DNA of 64,000 bases from the human T2T-CHM13v2.0 reference genome, Homo sapiens (GCF_009914755.1 NC_060936.1); one strand, 5' to 3'. Counted from the first letter of the stretch, positions 32,776 through 49,449 are shown. The notes: generated from the sequence alone by a model not told the origin. Numbers and translations are program-made.

Positions 32776-33510
32776 GTATTAGTCAGGGTTCCCCAGAGAA
32801 ACAGAACCAGTAGGAGACAGATATAAATATGTGAGGAGATTATAGCAATTGGCTGACATGATTATGGAAGCCAGGAAGTTCCATCATCTGTTGTCTGCAA
32901 GCTGGAGATGCAGGAAAGCCAGTGGTGCAATTCAGTCCGAGGCTAAAAGCCCAAGAATCAGGGTTGTGAATCCAAAAGAAAGGAGGTCAGCATATGGACC
33001 TGCACCCCCATGTTTATCAAAGCGCCACTCACAATCACCAAGGTATGGAATCAACCTAAGTGTCCATCAACAGATGAATGCATAAGGAAGATGTGGTACA
33101 TATGGCCAGTGGAGTACTATTCAGCCATAAAAAAGAAGGAGTCATGTCATTTATGGCAACGTGGTTGGAACTGGAGGTCATTATATTAAGTGAAATACGG
33201 TAGGCAAAGAACGATGACTATCGCACATTCTTGGAGTCTGAAAGGCTGAGATTCAGGAGCTTAGATGTCTCTGTGCAGGAGAAGATGGATGTCCCAGCTC
33301 AAGAAGCAGGAAGATTCCCCTTTTTGTTCTATTCGGATTGGATGGTGCTGGCCCACATTGCTGAGGGTGCATCTTCCCTCTTCAGTTCACAGATTCAAAT
33401 GCTAATCTCTTCCAGAAACAGCCTCATAGACACACCCAGAAATAAGGCGTCACCAGCTATCTGGACATCCCTTAGCCCAGGCACACTGACACATAAAATT
33501 AACCATCGTA
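32776..33510 (-). mobile_element. MLT2 (ERVL) LTR interrupted by an internal L1 fragment (~32966-33232, + strand)
   Basis: gtattagtcagggttccccagagaaacagaacc ... aaaattaaccatc termini; L1 ggaatcaacctaagtgtccatcaacagatgaatg. Confidence 0.8.
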
Positions 33511-33607
33511 AAGACTAAACCAACAAAAGGAACAGAAATGTGAGCTTTTTTTTTGAAACCATAACACTCACTCTGTGAGTCAGGCAGTTTTTCTGGTAAC
33601 CCGAACT

Positions 33608-33832
33608 CTGTCCCCCTCTCCCTTCCTGACACTTGTGTCCTACGGTGGCCTTGTGTGTGTGCCCCTGTCCCCCTCCTCCCTTCCCAGCACTTGTGTCCTA
33701 TGGCGGCCCCATGTCTGTGCCCCGTCCCCCTCCACCTCCCGCCACTTGTGTCCTATGGCAGCCCCGTGTGTGTGCCCCTGTCCCCCTCGGCCTCCTGGCA
33801 CTTGTGTCCTATGGCGGCCCCGTGTGCGTGCT
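33608..33832. repeat. Minisatellite, ~56-bp unit, ~4 copies
   Basis: cacttgtgtccta recurs at 33630, 33688, 33743 and 33799. Confidence 0.9.
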
Positions 33833-34345
33833 CCAGTGAGGGGTTGCACACGTCATGCCTTCAAGGGCGGAGTGAGCTGCAGTGTATAGTGGGATTGGGG
33901 CAGTCAACTGTTCTCCTAGCTGCCTGTTGCAGACCTGCAGGGCTAGCTCTGGGTCTAGACACAATGTCCAGAGTCTTTGAATGAATATTCACATCTCATC
34001 TAAGAAGGGACAGGACTAAGATATCAGCAATGGCTATAGCAGTGCATGGATTAGCCTGGGCAGCAGCAATGAGGTCTTTAGGGAAAGACTTCCTGGCAAA
34101 CAGGTGTGGGCAAGGAATGAGTGGAGGGAGTAGAACACAGTGTGGCCTGTGCTGGGCAGGAGGTTCAAGCTCAGGTGTCTGGAGGGCACCCAGGTATGCA
34201 GGGGGTGAGGTGGCCTGGTCAGGTGCAACCCTAGGGACCTTGGGGTCAGACATACAGCCCTTGCTGCTGTTGAAGAGCGGCTGAAAGTCGATTCTTATGT
34301 GGGTATTACCGATTTATAAATGCAGACAACTCAGTCAGATTCTAA

Positions 34346-35333
<988 letters not shown>

Positions 35334-35559
35334 TTAACGTGTGCTGGCTCCTATCACGCACAGTCATGTTAGGCAGAGAGCTTTTATGGAGTTCTTACTA
35401 TGTGCCCAGCACGGAGCCAGGTCCTGAAGGTGAAGGAATGAAACAGAAAGGCTGCAAGGCCCTCGGGAATGCACAGTTGGCTGTGGGTGGTGCGCAGATG
35501 GCAGAGCACGGCAGCAGGTAGCATGCCCTCTGCATCATCGGCCCATCATGAGCGACACC

Positions 35560-36160
35560 TGTCTTAGTCTGTTCCGGCTGCAGTAACAGAATACCATAGA
35601 CTGGGGGCTTAAGCAACAAACATTTCTCTCTCACAGTCCTAGAGGCTGCAAGTCCAAGATGGGCACCTCATAGACAGCTGTCTTCTCCCTGTGTCCTCAT
35701 GGTGGAAGGGCCGAGACAGCTCTCTGGGGTCCCTTTTATAAGGACACTAAACTTGGCCAGTTGCGCTGGCTCATGCCTGTAATCCCAGCACTTTGGGAGG
35801 CCAGATTGCTTGAGCCCAGGAGTTCAGGGCCAGCCTGGCCAACATGGAGAAACCCTGTCTCTACAAAAAAAGTAAAATATTATCTGGGGGTGGTGACAGA
35901 TGCCTGTAGTCCCAGCTACTCGAGAGGCTGAGATGGGAGGATCACTTGAGCCTGAGAGGTAGAGGCTGCAAGGGAGCCATGTTGGCGTGGCTGCACTCCA
36001 GCCTGGGTGACAGAGTGAGACCCTGTCTCAAAACAACAAAGACACCAATCTTTCCATCCTCATGACCCAGTCACCTCCCAAAGACCTCACCTCCTGCCGT
36101 CCCCTTGGGGGTGAGCAGCTCAGTGTATGAATTTGAGGAGACACAAACATTCACCCCACA
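35560..36160 (-). mobile_element. MLT1A/MST-type LTR with an AluJ inserted (35756-36040)
   Basis: tgtcttagtctgttccggctgcagtaacagaataccatagactggg ... gagacacaaacattca. Confidence 0.75.
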
Positions 36161-36665
36161 ATATGACCCCTTGTCAAATGTTCACCCTGTGATGGACATG
36201 GTTCCCTCTGCTTTACATGGATGGACTCCATGAACTCTCACAACAATTCCAGGACGTCAACACCTTCATAATCACTGTTGGACCTGTGGGAGAACTGAAG
36301 CATGGAGAAACCCAATTAACTAGTTTGTAAGTGTCAGAGCCAGACCTGGAGACTCGTCACCCTGGCATGTTGTGTTATTAGTGTGAAGAGATTGCTAAGG
36401 ACCACTGGCGAGAAGCCTGCAGGTTTACCTGTGCAGGGTGAGGTTTAAGGAAGGAAGGGACGTTGAGCTGGGCTTCAAAGGACAAGATTCCCCAGGCAGG
36501 GAAAGGCATTCACAGTAGAGGGAATCACCTGGGCAAAAGTTTAGGGGCGTGAGAGTGTGCAATGCATTGGAAGAGTTAGGCGTAGTGCAGTGTGAAAGGT
36601 GTGAGGGAAGGAATGGCCTAAATGAAAGGGAACTCAGATGTAAGGAGCATGGGACATAGAGGAGT

Positions 36666-37228
36666 GTGGTGAGCAGAGTTCTGAGATGGCCTGTGGCCTC
36701 TGCCTCCTGGTGTTCGGCTGTTATGGTAGGCTACGTGGCAAGAGGGATTTTGCAGATGTGATTAAGGTAACTAATCAGTTGACTTTGAGTTAATCAAAGA
36801 TATGAACTGTGTGGGCCTGACCTCGTCATCAGAGCCCTTTAAATTTAGATCTAGAAGTCAAGGACAGAAGAATTCAGAGAGACTGGGACCTGTGGAGGGA
36901 TCCACATGGCAAGGAACTTTGGGCAGCCTCTAGGAGCTGGGGGCGACCCCTGGTTGACAGCCAGTGGGAGAAAGATGGCTTGGGCCCTACAACCACAGAA
37001 ACTGAATTCTGCCAACAACTGTGTGAGGTTCAAGGAAGACCCCAAGCTCCAGACAGGAGCCCAGCCCAGCCCAAACTTTGATCTCAGGCTCGTGGGATGC
37101 TGAGCTGAAAAGTCAGCTCTGCTATGTCTGTGCCTGGACTTTGACTTGCAGAAACCATGAGACAATACATGGATGTCATTCTAAGTCCCAAGTTTGTGGC
37201 TATTTGTTATGCAGCAATAGAAAACTAG
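36666..37228 (+). mobile_element. MLT1E/F-like LTR
   Basis: tgtggtgagcagagttctgagatggcc ... ttgttatgcagcaatagaaaacta. Confidence 0.75.
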
Positions 37229-37235
37229 TCCCAGA

Positions 37236-37565
37236 GGCTGGGCATGGTGGCTCACACCTGTAATCCTAGCACTTTGGAAGGCTAAGGCAAGCAGATTGCT
37301 TGAGCTCAGGAGTTCAAGACCATCCTGGGCAACATGGCAAAGTCTTGTCTCTGCTTAAAAAAAAAAAAAAAAAAAAAAAAGAAAGAAAAAGTAAAAAGCC
37401 AGATGTGGTGGCTCATGCCTGTAGTCCCAGCTACTGGGGAGGCTGAGGCGGGAGGACCGCTTTAGCCTGGGTGATGGAAGTTGCCGTGAGCTGAGATCTT
37501 GCCACTGCACTCCACCCTGGATAACAGCAAGACCCTGTCTCAAAAATAAAGAAAAAATAAAGAAA
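37236..37565 (+). mobile_element. AluJ
   Basis: Dimer with an expanded middle A tract. Confidence 0.85.
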
Positions 37566-39650
37566 AAGAGAACTAGCTCCAGGAAGAAGGCAAGGGAAGA
37601 GTTTCCAGTGATGCCAATGCAGCTGGCTGCAGAGGAGGAAAGAATGTGTTCACAGTGGCAGAGATGGGACCTCCAAAAAGAGGACTGTTTCAGGTAATTA
37701 ATGCATCACATTTGAGATGATGGAAGATCATTCAAGGGGATTCATAGGGTCTTACTGGAGAAAACCTTACGTTTCTCTTTCCCCCTGCAACCACTGCATC
37801 TTTCTGTATTCAATGAGCGGCTGGGAGTAGGAATCCCTGGTGCAATTGGAGAGAAGGAGACAGCAGAATGCTCCTGGGAGCCAGGGCTGAGCTGAGAGGG
37901 CGTGCATACCAGCCAGCATCCCTGCCTGAAATGCCCCAGGGGTGGCCGGCTGCACTTGGAAGAAAGTCCAAACTTTTTCTGATGGCCACCAAGCTGTCCC
38001 TGAGCTAACCACTGCCTACCACTCTGCCTTTGCTGCTCTGCGGCCACGTGGGCATCTCTGCTCCTCCCTCACAGGTAACTTGAGTCCCCAGCCTCTTTTC
38101 ACCACCCTTCCCTATCTTATTTCATTCCTGGCATGTGTCACGGTGCCACACTGCTTGCTCCCCACACCCTCCTCCCCAACCCCCTCAGACTGTTAGATCC
38201 AGGAGAGCAGTTTCTCCAACTGTAAAATGGGGAAGTGAGGCCTCATCTGGGGGGTTTTGTGCTCTTCTGCACGCAGCCCCAGCACTTGGGCAGCACCTGG
38301 CACTAAATGTGTGTTGACAGGTGAATGGTGAGCACAGGGTCCCGGGGTGGGGGTGGCAGCTGTTGGCACAAAGATAATGGGAATCTGGAGGGAAGTTTGC
38401 TTTAGGGAGCTTATGAGGACAGCCTACTGAACTGAATAAAAAGCAATTTTTAATTTTTTTTAAAAAATGACGATTAAACATATTCAGCCCTGGTAGGAAC
38501 AGAATAATCTCTATTTCTATATACCTCACCCCTGGAAAACTTCAATTTAAGCAAAGCTTTCCAAACCTACTAAAGATTGATTTTTTCTTTACCGCCACAA
38601 TCCTGTTATTTCTCCTTTTAAGAAGTAGAAAAGGGTTGAGCTATTTTCCTAGGTATTTTATTGCTCTGTTTTATAGCTTCGAAATTAAAATCCATTTGAC
38701 ATTTAATAGAAGCTGTGAATCTATACACTGTCCCAGGGTCAGACTTTTAAAGTGTAGCTCAAACCTATTTTGCTTGGAGGTTCTGTTTGTATGGTGCACA
38801 GCTATAGAAAAACATAAGTTCTGGAATAATGACATTGACCAGAGCTAGCATTTATCCAGAATGGGCTGGGCTCTGGCCATAGTGTTCTATGTGACTTGCA
38901 TTTTCACTAAAGATAGCTTATTTTTCTTCAAACGCTAATGGCTTTAATAGTCAGTCAACGGTTTAATGTTTGGGAAATGTGAGGCCCGGTAGAAAACATC
39001 AGCCTCCAAACTTTCATTCAGGCAGGGCTGCGCTGAGATCTCAAGTTTTGCTCTTGGAAGCTGAGTGATCCTGGACACCTCTCCTGCCCTCTGCTCGATG
39101 CTTCTTCGGGAGAGTGGAGATCATGACCTCTCTTTGGGGAATAGCTGAGGGAGGGCACATGCACTATTGCCTCTCCCTTCCCCTGGAAAAAAACCTGCCA
39201 ATACTCAACCGCGTTCACAGCTTGCAGCGCTGCGCACTAGGGGAAGCCGTGGAATATGGAAAGCACTTATGTTTAAGTGCTGGGATCAGCCCACAGCAGG
39301 ATTCCCACCCGGTGCAGAGCACTGAGAACCCAGGGAGAAATTCCCGTCTCACTCTTACTTCGAGTTACGTTCTACTTACGGATTTGGGGAGGCCACTGGC
39401 CAACATTATGTAACATATTACTTCTCTCTTATGTTTTAAAAGTGTTTTAACGTAACATCTATAATTCTTGGAAGTTCAACGCATCCAGGATGTGTAAGCA
39501 CCAGCCCGTGCACAGCACACAGTAGGTCCTCAGCATGAAATCCGAGATGCAGATCCTGCTGCGTTGATTGGATTTCCAGTTAAGCCCAGAGGAAACTCGG
39601 GACAAAGCATGTGTGAACTACATTGGAGGTTAATGCAAAACTTATGTGGA

Positions 39651-39952
<302 letters not shown>

Positions 39953-40047
39953 CACTTATGTGGATTTCCAAGTAGTGTGACCTGGTGGCTTATTTTACGA
40001 TACTGGGAAGCATTTGAGAGTGGACTAATAATAATACAAGGACACCA

Positions 40048-40335
40048 GGCTGGGCACAGTGGCTCACGCCTGTCATCCCAGCACTTTGGGAGGCTGAGGC
40101 AGGTGGATCACTTGAGGTCAGGAGTTCGAGGCCAACATGGCCAAACCCCATCTCTACTAAAAATACAAAAAATCAGCTGAGCAGGGTCGCAGGTGCCTAT
40201 AATCCTAGCTACTCAGGAGGCTGAGGCATGAGAATCACTTGAACCCGGAGGGTGGGGGTTGCAGTGAGCCGAGATCATGTCACTGCACTCCAGCCTGGGT
40301 GACAGTGCGAGACATCGTCTCAATAATAATAATAC
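40048..40335 (+). mobile_element. AluS
   Basis: TSD-like taataataatac(a/t)aggaca. Confidence 0.88.
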
Positions 40336-40599
40336 TAGGACAACAGATGTAAACCTCACCCGAGCAGCATAGGGACAGCCTGCCTGGGGGTTGTGATTGG
40401 GTGCCTGGGCTGGTGTATTGTTAGGGACACAGATTCTCCAGTGAGCTAGAGAGGGTGGGTCCCTTGCCTCGGGCCACTTGGGTGGGGTGAAGAGCTGGGT
40501 GAGGACTGGGTCTGACTGCAGAGCCTGAGCTCGGGCAGCGCCAGGAGCACAAATGGCCCTGCTCTCCCCCTTCCCTGCTGCTGCCGTGGCAACTCCTCC

Positions 40600-40985
40600 T
40601 CACTCGGCCCCGTCTTTCCTGCTGTGCCTCCCTTTTTCTCTCCCTCTGCCTCTGTCTCGTCATCTCCTTGTCTGTCTCTGTAGCTCCTCTCTCCCTCTGT
40701 CTTTTTCTGTCTCTCATAGTCACTCTCTCAGTCTCTGTAGCCCTCGTCCTCCTCTCTGTCTGTGTCTCTCTCTGTCTCTGTTTCTGTAGCCTTCCTCCCT
40801 CTCAGTCTCTGTTTCTCTCATTGTCTCTTCCTCTGTCTCTGTTTCTGTAGCCTTCCTTCCTCTCAGTCTCTGTTTCTCTCATTGTCTCTTCCTCTGTCTC
40901 TGTTTCTACCTCTATCTCAGTCTCTAGCTCTCTCTCTCACTCTCTCTCTCTCTCCCTGTCTCCCTCCCTCCCCTCCTCTCCTGTT
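40600..40985. repeat. CT-rich low-complexity tract with a ~61-bp tandem duplication (~40771-40906)
   Basis: tctgtctctgtttctgtagccttcc...ctcattgtctcttcc repeated. Confidence 0.85.
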
Positions 40986-42934
40986 TTACACCTAACCCTT
41001 TTCTAAAGTGGTTCTTCTCACCCTGATTCTCTCTGTATTCTTGGGGAGAAGGGACCATTTCTGAGCCCCACCCTGGGTGTAGATGCCCCTGGATGCAGCC
41101 AGAGGTGGGAAGAGAAGCCCCTGGCTGACTGTGCAGCCCCTAGGGCAGGTTTGCCCCGAGCTGGGTGTGCACCGAGCTGAGTGTGCACTGAGCTGCTGCG
41201 CGGCAAGCAGGGCCAGGACGCGGGTGAGCCACAAGGTGGGGCTCACTGCTCAGGCACAGAGGCTGGGCCATCACCAAGGTGCGGAGGCACTCGGGGCTCC
41301 TCCTGGCCGCCTCACTCCTGACCAAGCAGGGAGCATCCTGCTTGCATCGCGTCTGGAATTCTCTGAAAATACAGAGAGGGAAGAGGCAGAGAGAGAAGAG
41401 CTTCCTTCCCGCTGTGAGCTCAGTCCCTACCTCTGAGAACAGGAGGAGGCATCTCTGCGTCATCCTGACACTTGGCTCTCCACCATCTCCTGGGCCCTCG
41501 CGTGGGTGCACCTGTTGCTCTGCAAAGCCTGCTGGGCACCTGCCAGGAGTGTGAGCCCGCAGGCTCCAGCTGGGGACTGTGATTAGGGGAGGGGCCAGGC
41601 ATGGAGAGACCCTCCCCTCCCCCTGCCTCTGCCTGTGTGCGCTTCCTGGAGGCCTCCTGGTGATCTGTGTCAGCCCTGACAAATGCAGTCCCCAGTCAGC
41701 GGGGTGCTTGCCTCACATCAAAACAACGCTGCTGTAGGAATCAGCTCCGAAGGCCGTTTCTGGGGTATCCTGGAATTCAGAAGGAAGAGGATGGTGACAT
41801 GTTGGCACTGGTAGAAGCCGGGCCAGGGTCTGTGGAGGACCCCGGTGGGCTGCAGCCTTAGGGGTAATGCTGCAGGGGAAGGCCTGCTTGGAGCCTCAGC
41901 CCCTGCCTGTTGCAGGTGCGTGCACAAGCAGCTGGGCACACCGTCCTGGGTCCTGGGCTCCCAAGCCCGCCGCGCCCTCTCCCCTGAGCCCCACTTCCCA
42001 TCTGTCCCACTTCTCCTGAGCTCTGTCTGCAAACGCAGCTGGACCCCATCTCCACTGCACTCCCGGACCGAGGGGCTGTAGGGTCTTGCCTGGGCTGTTC
42101 CAGCAGCCTCCTCCTTCCAGCCCGCCCACTCCCTCCCCGCAGCCACAGGCACCAAGTCAAAGTCCGCTTCTATCCACTGCAGCTGAGGACCCTCTGGTGG
42201 CTTCCCCTTTGCACCTAGAAGAAAATGCCACTGCTGGCCTGGCTTCTGAGGCCTTGCACAGCTTGCGCTGCCCCCTCCTCGTTCCAGGCTTCTCTGTCCG
42301 GCACCTGAGCTTTGCTCACCCTCTGTCTCTAACCGAGCTGCGCCCACGGCTGGCACCTCCTCAAATGTTTCTTGGTTGAAATCACCTTGGAAGGACTTTT
42401 CGTGGCCACCCACTGTGACTGGGGTTCCCATTTGGGTTTCCTCTGTCCCCGCACCTGTGTCTGTGTACACTGCACTCTTTGCCATCTATAAACACCAGTC
42501 CCCAGCCTGGAAGCTTCCCGAGGGCAGCAGTCAGGCATGTTTACTCATCAGCTGTCCCTCGCAGGGACTCTGATATGGACTGGGTGCTCAGTGAGTACTG
42601 GAAGGGATGATTATGCCCCGGCGTACAAGGCGCAACCCTTCCAGAGGGCGTGTTTTTTTATTTTCATCTGATAGTGAGCGATGCAGCACGCCACACACTT
42701 GTACTTTAACTGCTCTCATTTCTTTTTCTTTTCAAAGTCGCAGATGACAGCAGTCATCCCGCCCAATCATTGGCACCTGTCGGATTTTGTCCCCATGCCT
42801 AGCAAGTAGTCTCTGACAGTTTCATGCCAGTCACAGGTTCTGGTGCTGAGTGCCACGCGGCAAAACGACAGGATCGCCTACTCCTGCCTGGGTGCTTAGA
42901 TCCCATGTAAATGCTTTTGGCTTAGAAATTGTCT

Positions 42935-43553
42935 TTCTTTTGCCCTCCCTTCCTCCCTCCCTCCTTCCTTCCTTCCTTCATCTCCCTCCTTTCTTCCTCC
43001 CTCCTTTTCTTCATCTGTTCTTTGCTCCCATTTTCTTTGATTTCTTCTCCCTCCCTCCTTCCTTTCTCCCTTCTTCCCTCCTCCCTTCCTCTCCTCCTCC
43101 CTCCCTTCCTCTCTCCCTCCATCCCTCCCTCTGCCTCCCTCCCTCCCTCTCTCTACCTCCCTCCCTCTCTCCCTTCCTCTCTCCTTCTGTCCCTTTCTCT
43201 CTCCTTCTCTCTCTTCCTGTCTTTCTCCCTCCCTCCCTACCTCCCTCCCTTCTTCCCTCCTTTCCTCTCTCCCTTCCCCCCTCCCTCCTCCCTTCCCCCC
43301 TCCCTCCTCCCTTCCCCCCTCCCTCCTCCCTTCCCCCCTCCCTCCTCCCTTCCCCCCTCCCTCCTCCCTTCCCCCATCCCTCCTCCCTTCCCCCCTCCCT
43401 CCTCCCTTCCCCCTCCCTCCTCCCTTCCCCCCTCCCTTCCTCCCTCCCTCCTCCCTTCCTCCCTTCTTTGCTCCCTCCCTTCCTCCCTTCTTTGCTCCCT
43501 CCCTTCCTCTCTCCCTTCCCCACTCCCTCCTCCCTCCCTCCTCTCTCCCTTTC
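42935..43553. repeat. ~620-bp polypyrimidine/polypurine tract with a periodic (CCCTCCTCCCTTCCCCCC/T) core
   Basis: Almost exclusively C/T on the + strand. Confidence 0.95.
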
Positions 43554-44439
43554 TGTGCGCCATTGACCTCATCGTTCCGCATTAGTGAGCTCAGCCTTCT
43601 TTTGAGTTTTGCCGGGAGAATCCATTGTTTGCACTTTATACGGGAGAATGGTCTCTGTGGTTTTCCCTGACTCTCTGTCGCACACGTCAAGGCTCCCTCT
43701 CCAGGGTCGCTGCCACATGTCTGAATGAGCAAGCTGTCCCTTGGGGATCTTGGGCTGCAGCGGAACTGGGCTGCATGCGGGGCAAAGCCATGAGACGACC
43801 AGGGTGCCAACAGGAAGTGGCAGCTGCTCTAATGGGCCCCATCACTTCAGGAGGGCAGCATTGGGAGACATTATTTCTCGCTCTTCTGGAGGCCAGAGCT
43901 GGTTGTTTTGGTCTGTGACCACCGCCCATGCGGTCACTCAGAGCCCAGGCTCCTTCCATGGCCTGGCTCCAGCTCCACGTGTAGGTAGCTGCGGGAGAGA
44001 GAAGACAGGGTCCACCATGGGAGGTATGTGTGACTTGGGCTGGAGGGAGCACACGCCCCTCTCTGCTCATGCTCCCTTGGCTGGAACCCAGTTACATCAC
44101 ACCTGCTGCTAGGGAGGCTGGGAATTGTGGCCTGGGAAGAACCGGGGAGCAACTGTGTGACTGGGTGCTCCTCCTTTCACCCCAAAGACTGAGGCTAACA
44201 TGTTCTGGGAGGAAAAAAACACAGAAAACAAGACCCATCATAAGGAAGATGGCTAGCATCTGTTGAATGCTTGCTCTGCAGATACAAATGTGGATTATCT
44301 CGTTTAACCTGCACAATGACAAATGTGCTCTTATCAGCCCCATTTCCTAGATGAGCAAACTAGGCACAGAGGAGTTAACTTCCTCAAGGCCCAGAACCTG
44401 GTAAAAGGTGCAGCTGAGGTTCATACTCTGCTTTCCAGC

Positions 44440-45242
<803 letters not shown>

Positions 45243-45560
45243 TAATGGGCTGCTCTTTCCCTCCAACTTCCTCCTGCTCTAACCCGCCAAGCCGTCACAC
45301 AAGCCCAGAGGAAGGTCTCCCGGTCCCCCTCTTCCCTCCCTTTTCTGCCTCTCACCTTCTTCTTTCCTTCAAGATGCCCACCTTCTCCCCACCAACCCCC
45401 AAAGCACACCAGAGCAGCAGAAGCACCTTTCAGCCAGCCGGGTGTGTGTTGAAATGGCTAGTGTTCTACTCGGCCCATCGTCTGGAAAGTGAGCGAATGA
45501 GAAGCACAGAAAATATTCCTGAAGTTGTTTTTAGCTTCATCGGTGGCTCCCAGGTTTCCC

Positions 45561-45647
45561 GTGTGTGTGTGTAGGGGGTGTGTGTGTAGGGGGTGTGTGT
45601 AGGGGGTGTGTGTGTGTGTGTGTGTAGGGTGTGTGTGTGTGGGGGGG
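45561..45647. repeat. (GT)n / GTAGGGG compound repeat
   Basis: Direct observation. Confidence 0.9.
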
Positions 45648-46855
45648 CGCTTGGTGATCTGTGCTCCACACCACATGCAGCAGCGGTGCTCAGAGGGGGA
45701 CAGTCTGGGTCTAGATGCCTTTTCTGCCACTCAGTGATGTGTTAACCTCAGGCAGGTTCCCAGGTGACCTGGGCTCCCATCTCTTGATCTGTGCGTGTGG
45801 AGGGGGAGAGGGCGCATAGGAATAGTCCAAATTCCTAGTTCCTTTTCTGCAATTTCAAAATCCAAAAAGCGCTTGGAAAACATGCAATCGGGACCCACCT
45901 GCCAGCTCTGTGCGTTTTTACTAGCAGGTACCTGGGTGATGGCCGGAGTCCTTGTTCACACGGACATCTACAGACCCACCCGGCTCACAGACGGCAAGGG
46001 CTCTTGCTCCCTCCTACCCCAGCCACAGCAACGCCTTTGAGCCACACTAACCCTGCATCGTGCATTTCATGAGCCACAGAGCCCCGGGAATGGCAGGAAT
46101 AAAACACAGGTTCTCCGGCCGTCAGTGACCCTGCTATTAGCTACCCAGGTCTTGCACTGTTTTCCCTCCTCAAATAACAGCTGTCCTTTGACCAGCACAA
46201 TCGACCTCTGCTGTGCAAACGCCAGAAGGGAAAGAGGAGTTTTACTGTCTCACCATCCATAAGACCACTCTTTTTCGTGAGTTTGGTGCCAAAACTCCTG
46301 TCTGAACTGATGTGAAGTCACCTAGGGCTGTTTGTCCTGCGTCACGGGACTATTCATACATTTTGATTAAGAAACACTGATCTGTTGTTGATGGGCATGG
46401 CCTTAGACCTCGCTGGAGATGATATGTAATAGAAGGCTATAGCAGCTGAATTACTAAAATCCCCCAGGTCCTGAATTCTGAAGCCTCATTCCGTGTACGT
46501 TTTTGAGCACTGGATGCATGTTGACTGCTGTTGTTAATTTCTGGCTGGATCCTGACCTCCACTGGAGGCCCTTGGCCAGAGGCCAGCTCTCTCTTCGCTA
46601 AAGAAGTGTTGAAGAAAGAAGCATTTGCCCCTCATTGAGGCTGTTCTCCCCTCCACCAGCAGTGAAGATGAATCGGATGGGAATTAGCTTTCTCACCTGC
46701 TGGCTTTCCTTTGTTTAGTGCCCCCCCGCACCTGCACCTGCAAACCTCCTTCCTCATGCTACAGACTCCCACGCTCCGTCACTCCTGAGCACCCACCATG
46801 TCTGTGGGTGGCCTGTTAGATACACGCTCAGGCATTGTCCCGGCAAAGGGTCTGA

Positions 46856-47441
<586 letters not shown>

Positions 47442-48554
47442 CCCTCATGGCTGTTTTTGATACTTATTTTAAAGTGAGCCCCTAACTGTAACCATGATGT
47501 TCAGGGTGAAATAACTTCAATTCTCCTATAAATCAATGACTACTCTGTGTTTTAAGAGGTGGGTGGAAGGTTCATGCTGAAGAGTTTAGAGAAGAGCTTC
47601 GTGTTCTTTTGCATGGTCCTGACTTTACCCGATGCAGGAGCTACTGGGAGAACAATCAACGTACGCTGACAGTCGGGGTGATGACATGGTCACATTGATG
47701 TGTCGTCAGCGGCGACAGTTTGACAGTTTGGATAGTGCCATAAAATGTGACCAGAGGGATGGTGCCGTGTACAAGAAAAGTACCACAGTCAGATGCACGT
47801 TCCTCTTCTAGGCATTGAGGTCTTGAAGGAGGAGCCTCACAACTTGCAGTTTTCAACAAAATAAATCTGTCCCATGACCAAATAATTTTTGGAAAATGAG
47901 GCAGGCACGGCAGGTTGCCTTAGACCTGTCAGGCTTCCTGCAATCCCCTGGGGGCGCTGTTGGACACTGTTAGAAAACGCTCATTCCTGAACCCCACCCT
48001 CCACCCACCCAGTCAGTATCTCGGGGACTGAGGGCGGGTATGTGGGGCGTGTGTGTTTTACAAGCTCCCTTAGAGAGTCTTACAGCAAGGTTTGAGAAGC
48101 AAAGCCACCGTCGAAGCCTTAATTAACTCAAAGCCTCCAACCAGAAAAGCCCGAGGAAAACCCGAGATCTTTAACGACGGCGGCCTGCGCCAGCCTTGAG
48201 ACACTTCCTCGTCAACGTCTCCCATCGACAAGCTGTCGTATTTGAAGCAGCGGGAGAGGAGCTTCGGGGCTGTTTAGTTTAACACACCAAGCCTGAAATT
48301 CAAGAGTTTTCCTGTGATTGACTGTAGCTCATCTTGGAAAAATAAGTATATATCACTTGCTGAAGGTTGTCAGAATGTAATGCTCTTTAAAACCGTAACG
48401 TTTTAAATCTGCCAGCCCCAGCATGCATCCTGCTCAAGGCTTTTGCTTCTCGTGGAGGAGTTTTTTTCCCCTTCTGTTCTATGGCTTTGAGGTGACATCA
48501 TCATGAGAAGGATTGTAATGAGGTTCTAATATTCATTTTATAAAATGGGTACTG

Positions 48555-48994
<440 letters not shown>

Positions 48995-49449
48995 CTAATT
49001 GAGTAATTACTCTCTAAAGACAAAACCATGCTCTTTTGCATGATTATTATTATTATTTAACATCACAAGTGCATTACCTGAGCCAGCGTTGGCACACCTG
49101 TGGCCCTGGACCTACATCTGGTCTGCACATGTGTTTTGTTTACTTTGCTGTATTCTTAAAATATTGAATTACCTGTTGATATTTAACATGGAACACTTTT
49201 ACATAAATATCCAGAATTTAGACCTCTCTTGGAAAAGAAAAGAAATGCGGCAACCAGCATAGGCCTGTATTTACCATGTGGCTGTGTGCACCTCCCACTT
49301 CACCTGCTGGGCCCCGGAAGGCGTTTGCGTTTCCCACCGCTGATCAGGAACAGGTGAGGCTTGTTTTAAACTCTCTTGAGAGATGGAATTTCTGTACTTG
49401 GTTTTGCTTTGAGTTTTTAGCGTCTGCCCTCTATAATGCCTTGTGAGTT

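Noticed and set aside
41140-42485. 180-aa and 255-aa minus-strand ORFs
   Set aside because: GC-rich intronic DNA, partly old repeat-like, with no recognisable domain and no clear splice structure.
42850-43810. Long Pro/Ser/Leu- and Gly/Arg/Glu-rich ORFs (up to 304 aa)
   Set aside because: Translations of the C/T-only tract, which can hardly contain stop codons.
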